NCBI GenBank assembly: GCA_946183985.1
Contig: CAMHDT010000001.1
Coordinates: 1 to 62,839, forward strand
Length of the DNA: 62,839 nucleotides
Origin: an uncultured Prevotella sp.
GTDB taxonomy: Bacteria; Bacteroidota; Bacteroidia; Bacteroidales; Bacteroidaceae
Reading direction: 5' to 3'
The notes below the pieces were generated by a model. That model made no database searches, was not told where the DNA came from, and saw only the letters and a program-made list of their open reading frames with translations. Within the stretch, counting starts at the first letter, position 1. Each line of letters starts with the position of its first letter. The position numbers and the translations under genes are program-made. This document shows positions 57,082 to 62,839 of this stretch, piece by piece.

Positions 57082-58527
57082 TTATTCCCAGCATTCCAAC
57101 TCATTCTCCAATTCCGGCAACTGGCTGCGGTGGAAGGCGGGCTCCTTGATGCCCTGACGCTTCTGACGGCGGTAGTCGTCGAGCAGACGGAAGGCATAAC
57201 GGCCCAGGAGCACGATGGCAATGAGGTTGCAGGCCGTGAGGAAAGCCATGAAGAAGTCGACAATATTCCATACCAACTCGAAACTGGCATAGGCTCCGAA
57301 CATGACCATCAAGCCAGCCGAAGAGAAGCGATAGACTGTCATCACCGCCCGGTTGTTGGTAATGAAACGGATGTTGGCCTCACCATAGTAATAATTGCCG
57401 ATGATGCTGGAGAAGGCGAACAGGAGAATGGCCAAGGCCACGAACACGGGACCGACACTGCCCACCTCGCTCTGCAAGGCCGACTGCGTAAGGGCGATGC
57501 CGTTGGCTTTCGGATCGGTGTATAGGCCGCTGATAAGAATGATAAACGCCGTGCAGGAGCAAACCAGCAGCGTATCGGTGAAGACGCCAAGGGCCTGGAT
57601 AAGCCCCTGCTTCACGGGATGGCTGACACTGGCCGTGGCTGCCACGTTGGGAGCACTGCCCTCGCCCGCCTCATTGCTGAAGAGGCCGCGCTTCACACCA
57701 TTCATGATGGTGGCGCCGATGCCGCCGCCGGCTATCTGCTCAATGCCGAAAGCATCGAGCACAATGATACGGAAGATGTTGGGAATCTGCTCAATATTCA
57801 TCACGATGACCACCACGGCCAGCACCATATAGCCCACAGCCATCACTGGCACCAGGACACTGCTGACATGGGCAATGCGCCGGATGCCGCCAAAGACAAT
57901 GAACAGGCCTATGGCAGCAATGACGGCCCCCACCCACATCGGCGACCAGCCAAAGGCTTCGTGCATGGCATCGCAGATGGTGTTGGCCTGGATAGAGTTG
58001 TTTGACAAGCCGAACTGACAGGTGATGAGCACGGCAAACGTAATGGCAAGCCAGCGCTGATGCAGGCCCTGCTGGATATAATAGGCCGGACCGCCTATGA
58101 ACGAATCCTTATGCTTGCGCTTGAACAACTGTGCCAGCGTGGACTCAACAAAAGCCGTGGCCGAGCCCACAAGGGCAATGACCCACATCCAGAACACGGC
58201 GCCGGGACCGCCGATGGCTATGGCCGAAGCCACACCCGCCAGATTGCCGGTGCCCACACGTGTGGCCACCGAGACGGCAAAGGCCTGAAACGAGGAGATA
58301 CGCTTCGGCTTCGATGGTGTTTGGCCAGCGTCCTTATCAAGCGTGTCCTTGACTTGAGACCCAACGGTGTCGACGGCCGAGTCGGTCAGCAGGCGCAGCA
58401 TCTCGCCCACCATGCGGAACTGCACGAAGCGCGTCCTAAACGTAAACCACAGGCCACAGCCCACCAGCACAAAGATGAGCACATAGCCCCACACCGCATC
58501 GTTCACAGAAGTAATCAGATCATTCAT
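57082..58527 (-). CDS. Alanine/glycine:cation symporter (AGCS)
   Basis: ISSFQA, RVGTGNLAGVA, GGPGAVFWMW, GGPAYY and RGLFSNEAGEGSAP. Confidence 0.94.
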   Translation of the reverse strand: MNDLITSVNDAVWGYVLIFVLVGCGLWFTFRTRFVQFRMVGEMLRLLTDSAVDTVGSQVKDTLDKDAGQTPSKPKRISSFQAFAVSVATRVGTGNLAGVASAIAIGGPGAVFWMWVIALVGSATAFVESTLAQLFKRKHKDSFIGGPAYYIQQGLHQRWLAITFAVLITCQFGLSNNSIQANTICDAMHEAFGWSPMWVGAVIAAIGLFIVFGGIRRIAHVSSVLVPVMAVGYMVLAVVVIVMNIEQIPNIFRIIVLDAFGIEQIAGGGIGATIMNGVKRGLFSNEAGEGSAPNVAATASVSHPVKQGLIQALGVFTDTLLVCSCTAFIILISGLYTDPKANGIALTQSALQSEVGSVGPVFVALAILLFAFSSIIGNYYYGEANIRFITNNRAVMTVYRFSSAGLMVMFGAYASFELVWNIVDFFMAFLTACNLIAIVLLGRYAFRLLDDYRRQKRQGIKEPAFHRSQLPELENELECWE

Positions 58528-58570
58528 ATCTATTCCGCATCATTGTCTTGCCGACAGCATCGGCCAAGGG

Positions 58571-59398
58571 TCACTTCAAATGTGCTGTACTGTTCTCATT
58601 GATGAGGGCCTTGTCAACGCTGCCGGCATCGAGCAGACGATGTTCTGCCTCTTCGTAAGATAAGCCCAGCGCCTCCTGCAGCATGCGCGTGCCACGATCC
58701 ACAAGTTTCGCATTTGTCAACTGCATCTTCACCATGCGGTTGCCCTTCACACGACCCAGACGAATCATCAGCGAAGTGGAAATCATGTTCAGGACCATCT
58801 TCTGGGCCGTGCCGCTCTTCATGCGACTGCTGCCCGTCACGAACTCTGGTCCCACAATGGTCTCGACGGGATACTCAGAGGCTTCGGCCAAAGGGGTTTG
58901 CGGATTACTGGTGATGCACCCCGTCAGCAAACCGCGACGTCTGGCCTCGCTGACGGCTCCAAGGACATAAGGCGTGGTGCCAGAGGCTGCAATGCCTATC
59001 ACGGTGTCGTCGGCAGTGGGCTGAAAGGCCTCAAGGTCCAGCCATCCTTGCTCAGGATTGTCCTCTGCACGCTCTACGGCCCGTCTGAGGGCCTCGTCGC
59101 CACCGGCAATGATGCCTACCACCAAGTCGGGCGAAACGCCAAACGTAGGCGGCAGTTCGCTGGCATCGAGCACACCCAGCCGCCCGCTGGTGCCTGCACC
59201 CACATAAAAGAGGCGTCCACCACGCCTCATTCGCGGCTCTATGGCCGTCACCAAAGCCTCTATCTGCGGCAGAGTCTTACCCACAGCCTCAGCCACCAGC
59301 GCATCCTCCTTGTTGATATGCGCCAGCAACTCGCCTACCGACATCTTTTCCAGATGATCATAGCGTGACGACTGTTCTGTTATCGCTCTTGTTGCCAT
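58571..59398 (-). CDS. murQ: N-acetylmuramic acid 6-phosphate etherase
   Basis: GAGTSGRLGVLDASELPPTFG, GIAASGTTPYV and GPEFVTGSSRMKSGTAQK. Confidence 0.95.
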   Translation of the reverse strand: MATRAITEQSSRYDHLEKMSVGELLAHINKEDALVAEAVGKTLPQIEALVTAIEPRMRRGGRLFYVGAGTSGRLGVLDASELPPTFGVSPDLVVGIIAGGDEALRRAVERAEDNPEQGWLDLEAFQPTADDTVIGIAASGTTPYVLGAVSEARRRGLLTGCITSNPQTPLAEASEYPVETIVGPEFVTGSSRMKSGTAQKMVLNMISTSLMIRLGRVKGNRMVKMQLTNAKLVDRGTRMLQEALGLSYEEAEHRLLDAGSVDKALINENSTAHLK

Positions 59399-59415
59399 CT
59401 TGTTTTCTATATATA

Positions 59416-60483
59416 TTACCTCAAACCTATTATCCATTGTTTGAAGAACGGATCTTCTATCTCATAATCCGTCACACGTATTACGTACCCGTTTTTCATC
59501 AACCGCTTGATTCCACTGAACGACGTACTTGTTGCCACCTGACGATTCTGCAAAGGGTTGATGCCTTTACTTAAGTTCATCATGATAGAGCGGTCGGTAC
59601 GGTTAAAGTTCAGCCAGAGACGTTCAAAATCCAAGTCATGAATACGCACAATATTGCTGATAGCCTCCGCTACAACCCCATCAACCAGCCCTTCGTAAGT
59701 CATCATGTCCCAGACTTGAGCCGACAACTGCTGCGTATAGTATGGGTGTAGCCCTGTAAAAGTCAGAATCTCTTCTACAATACTATTCAGTTTTTCCTGC
59801 TCTTTCAATGGCAAACGGGCCGATACATATTCCATGAAATCATCATATGGTATCTTATTCAGATGCATTAACTTGCCGAAATGATAGAACGGCGATTTCT
59901 TCCGTTCGAATATCTCCGTCATCATTGACTCCTGACTTCCCAGCAGGACATAATTCAGGTGCTGCTGTTCCTGCATAATAGAACGCAGTTGCTTGTCCAA
60001 ACCCTTGCGGATATTAAGAATCTCCTGGAATTCATCAAATACCACTATCAGTCGTTTGTTTTCTGTGCTGACCTTTTCTATCAGAGCCATCGCATCCTCC
60101 AACAATACCATACTGTTCAACACTGGTTGGAAAGAGACATCAACACCATTCGTCATCGGGTTGGTCGAGATCGTTGGAACAACTCTAAAGTGAGACATGA
60201 GGTGCCTGATTCTCTCCATAGGGTATTGACGGAACAATTCACGTAATAGTTTAGAGGCAAAATCATCAACACTCAACATGTTCTGCATATTGAGAGAGAT
60301 GCAAGGCCTCCCAGAGGCTTTGACTGCCTTGGCCACAAGGCTTGACTTGCCAAATCTTCGAGGACTAATCAGTATCAGATGATTCTCGCTGTCCAGCGTC
60401 CGCAGAACCTCCCTTAATTCTTCGTTTCTATCGGTGAAAAACTCGTTATCGACAAGTACACCAAACTTAAATGGATTCTTCAT
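59416..60483 (-). CDS. AAA-type (archaeal ATPase-like) ATP-binding protein
   Basis: NPFKFG...FTDR, Walker A SPRRFGKSS, Walker B VVFDEFQ, GHP-like LHPYYTQ and C-terminal DPFFKQW. Lower GC than its neighbours. Confidence 0.85.
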   Translation of the reverse strand: MKNPFKFGVLVDNEFFTDRNEELREVLRTLDSENHLILISPRRFGKSSLVAKAVKASGRPCISLNMQNMLSVDDFASKLLRELFRQYPMERIRHLMSHFRVVPTISTNPMTNGVDVSFQPVLNSMVLLEDAMALIEKVSTENKRLIVVFDEFQEILNIRKGLDKQLRSIMQEQQHLNYVLLGSQESMMTEIFERKKSPFYHFGKLMHLNKIPYDDFMEYVSARLPLKEQEKLNSIVEEILTFTGLHPYYTQQLSAQVWDMMTYEGLVDGVVAEAISNIVRIHDLDFERLWLNFNRTDRSIMMNLSKGINPLQNRQVATSTSFSGIKRLMKNGYVIRVTDYEIEDPFFKQWIIGLR

Positions 60484-60673
60484 TCATCTTCATTTTTGTG
60501 GCAAAGATAATACTTTCATTTGATACTAACAAACAAATTCCAAAGTTTATGCGAAATTTTTCGTTGCGAAATTTTTCGCAAAGGCTTTTTGTCGCTCACA
60601 AGGTCTGCGCTTTACCTCTTTTCACCTCACAGCGTTCTTTCCTCCCTATTACCATGAAATGGCGTCTGTAATG

Positions 60674-60701
60674 AAAACAGGCACCCATACCTAGGTGCCT
60701 G
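60674..60701 (-). terminator. Intrinsic terminator for the zinc-finger/poly-Ser gene
   Basis: CAGGCACC/GGTGCCTG stem followed on the minus strand by TTTT. Confidence 0.65.
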
Positions 60702-60730
60702 CTCCCATGAATACTTAATGTGAATCTCAT

Positions 60731-61231
60731 TTACCAATAGCCTTTACCATTGCATGACGTACATGTTACATGACTATGACCATAGTAGAACTTCTGTTTG
60801 CATATGTTACAATAGGTTTCATAATTTGAACCCATATACCATGACTTGGTCATACTTCCTGTACCTTTACAAACTCCGCACCAGTGATTAGAGGAGGAAG
60901 AAGAGGAGGAAGAAGAGGAGGAAGAGGAAGAAGATGAAGAAGAGGAAGAAGAGGAAGAAGAGGAAGAAGAGGAAGAAGATATATTTATAGTAACTTTACC
61001 ACCTCCACCACATATGGGGCAAATTGACGTACCTGTTCCATTACAGAACCCACAACGAAACCACTGAGGACCATAAAAGCCTGCCATAAGGACACTACCT
61101 CCACCTCCACATGTACGGCATTTAAATGATCCTAAACCATTGCAATTCGAACAAGTAATCGTCATTGATTGCGCATAAAGACCAAAACTAAAAAAGGCAA
61201 AACAAAGACCTAAAATAATACTTTTTTTCAT
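60731..61231 (-). CDS. Secreted protein with DnaJ-type CxxCxGxG repeats and a 30-Ser linker
   Basis: Signal peptide ending LYA-Q, six CxxCxGxG motifs plus one further CxxC, and poly-Ser at 60890-60979. Confidence 0.75.
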   Translation of the reverse strand: MKKSIILGLCFAFFSFGLYAQSMTITCSNCNGLGSFKCRTCGGGGSVLMAGFYGPQWFRCGFCNGTGTSICPICGGGGKVTINISSSSSSSSSSSSSSSSSSSSSSSSSSSSSSNHWCGVCKGTGSMTKSWYMGSNYETYCNICKQKFYYGHSHVTCTSCNGKGYW

Positions 61232-61720
61232 TGTTTCTTGTTTGTTATTACACAGAAAAAAGGCGGAACCATTCGATGCTTATCTGCATTCTGGTTACCG
61301 CCAAGTGACCAATCCAATAACAAGCATGAATAGTCCACGCCTTATATGCGTGAACTTTCAACAACTTGTTCTCATTGGATGAATATTTGGCGGTATTCGA
61401 ATGCAAAGAACAAGAGCAAAAGCTCAATATCTAAAATAAGAATACGAACAGAAACGCTAATCTGTAAGTTCTTGCTCTGGCAAGCGTCTCCTAACGTCGC
61501 CGAGCGAATAATTTTGTTTGAATAATTCTCTGTGGCCTCGTTAGGCTGAGCCTCAACACAAAAGGCCGGTAGCGTTCTTTCGTTCTGTTTCTATGTCATC
61601 GGCAAGTCGTTTTAAAAGGTTAAACTTCTTGTTAACTGTAGTCTGACTGCAAATTTACGAATAATTTCCGAATAAAACGAATAAAGTCACGAAAAAATAG
61701 TAACTTTGCACTATAATGTT

Positions 61721-62734
61721 ATGGATAGGGCAACGTTTGAAAACCAGAAGGCATTTGCAGGCGAGAAGAAAGCCTCGATGCAGCGACGCTGTGTAGATAA
61801 CGACTACACGGCGCGACGGATGTATCTGGTAACTATGGTGACGGAGGGGCGGAAACCGCTGTTTGGAAAAGTGGCGGGGCGAAGCGACGCTGTAGAGCCT
61901 TCACCAGAGGTGCCCCATATCGAGTTATCGCCATTGGGAAAGAGCGTAAAGGAAATCTGGGAGTCTATCAGCAGTTATCATCTGGAAGTGAAAGTGATAG
62001 CGCTACAAATGATGCCCGACCATCTGCACGGCATTCTCTTTGTAACGGAAAAGATGGAGAAGCCACTAGGAAAGGTTTTATTGGGCTTTAAGCAGGCCTG
62101 CAACAAGGCGTTTAGGGAAGTGATGCCCGTGGAGTTTGTTGCTGTGGCACAGCAACACGCACAACAAAGGCGCGAGAACGGGCTACTGTTTGCAAAGGGC
62201 TTCAACGACCAGATATTACTGAGGGAAGGGCAGTTGGAGCGATGGCTCAATTATCTGAAGGATAACCCACGGCGACTGCTGATGAAGCGGGAGAACCCTG
62301 ATTTGTTTAGGGTGCAAAGAGGGCTGACATTCTCAGGGCTCAGTTTTTCGGCTATTGGCAATCGCTTTTTACTGGAAAGACCAGTAAAGATACAGGTACA
62401 GTGCTCGAGAAGCATCAGCGAGGACGACCTTCAGTCCAAAATGAACGAATGCCTTCATGCCGCTAGGAAAGGGGCGGTGCTGGTATCGCCATCCATTTCA
62501 AAAGGTGAGAAGGCGATTATGAGGGCAGCGTTTGAGGAGGGGCTGCCGCTGATTTATCTACAGGAGAACGGTTTCACAGATTTGGCAAAACCTGGTGGAA
62601 TGAGAATGGATGCCTGCGCCAGAGGGCAGTTGTTGATTTTAGCGCCTTGGGAGCATCATAATGAAAAGATAACAATTAAGCGCGGGCAGTGCTTGGAACT
62701 GAACGAGATGGCGAAAGCAATTTGCGAGGGGTGA
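61721..62734 (+). mobile_element. RAYT/IS200-like HUH (Y1) transposase with DprA/SLOG-like C-terminal domain
   Basis: DY...MYLVTMVT, MMPDHLHGILF (HUH), GFKQ, FNDQIL and YLKDNP, then AIGNRFLL...QCSR...VLVSPSISKGEK...PLIYL. -7 box at 61701-61708. Confidence 0.75.
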
Positions 62735-62749
62735 GCGTTGAGTGGCTTG

Positions 62750-62839
62750 CCGTAGAGTTTGTTGCTGTGACACAGCAACATGCAGAACAAAAGGCACAGC
62801 AACATGCAGAACAAAAGGCACAGCAACATGCAGAACAAA
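62750..62839. repeat. REP-like palindrome followed by a 24-bp tandem array running off the window
   Basis: TGTTGCTGTG-A-CACAGCAACA (62760-62780), then unit CACAGCAACATGCAGAACAAAAGG at 62771, 62795 and 62819 (partial). Confidence 0.92.

Noticed and set aside
62771..62839. Possible CRISPR array at the window end
   Set aside because: A pure 24-bp tandem repeat without spacers.

Overview
A chromosomal segment from a Bacteroidales bacterium, most likely Prevotella-like. This call rests on TAnnTTTG -7 promoters before most genes, AT-rich translation starts, Gln-after-signal-peptide proteins and the gene content. Most of the window is core or metabolic: Na/Pi cotransporter, nucleoside kinase, nrdD/nrdG, lepB-dapB, rnr, RG-II-type GH140 plus GH78/GH33 enzymes, a sirtuin, three FKBP PPIases, dgt-dut-TPR-DUF4292-envC, an argE-like peptidase, recO, tRNA-Glu, rpsT, gyrB, buk/ptb, GH35, an MFS transporter, DUF5107 and murQ. 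Two accessory stretches lie at about 40.3-45.8 kb and 59.4-62.8 kb. The most notable observations are: (1) a Hanks-type Ser/Thr kinase fused through one TM helix to a full extracytoplasmic FKBP_N/FKBP_C module, divergent from a three-gene FKBP cluster whose second gene it closely resembles; (2) a RAYT-like HUH transposase with a DprA/SLOG-like C-terminal domain, carrying a REP-like palindrome both inside its own ORF and at the head of a downstream tandem array; (3) several short palindromic or tandem DNA elements inserted in-frame into housekeeping genes; (4) several putative structured non-coding RNAs and phased repeat arrays. All calls come from reading the sequence and motifs; no database searches were run.
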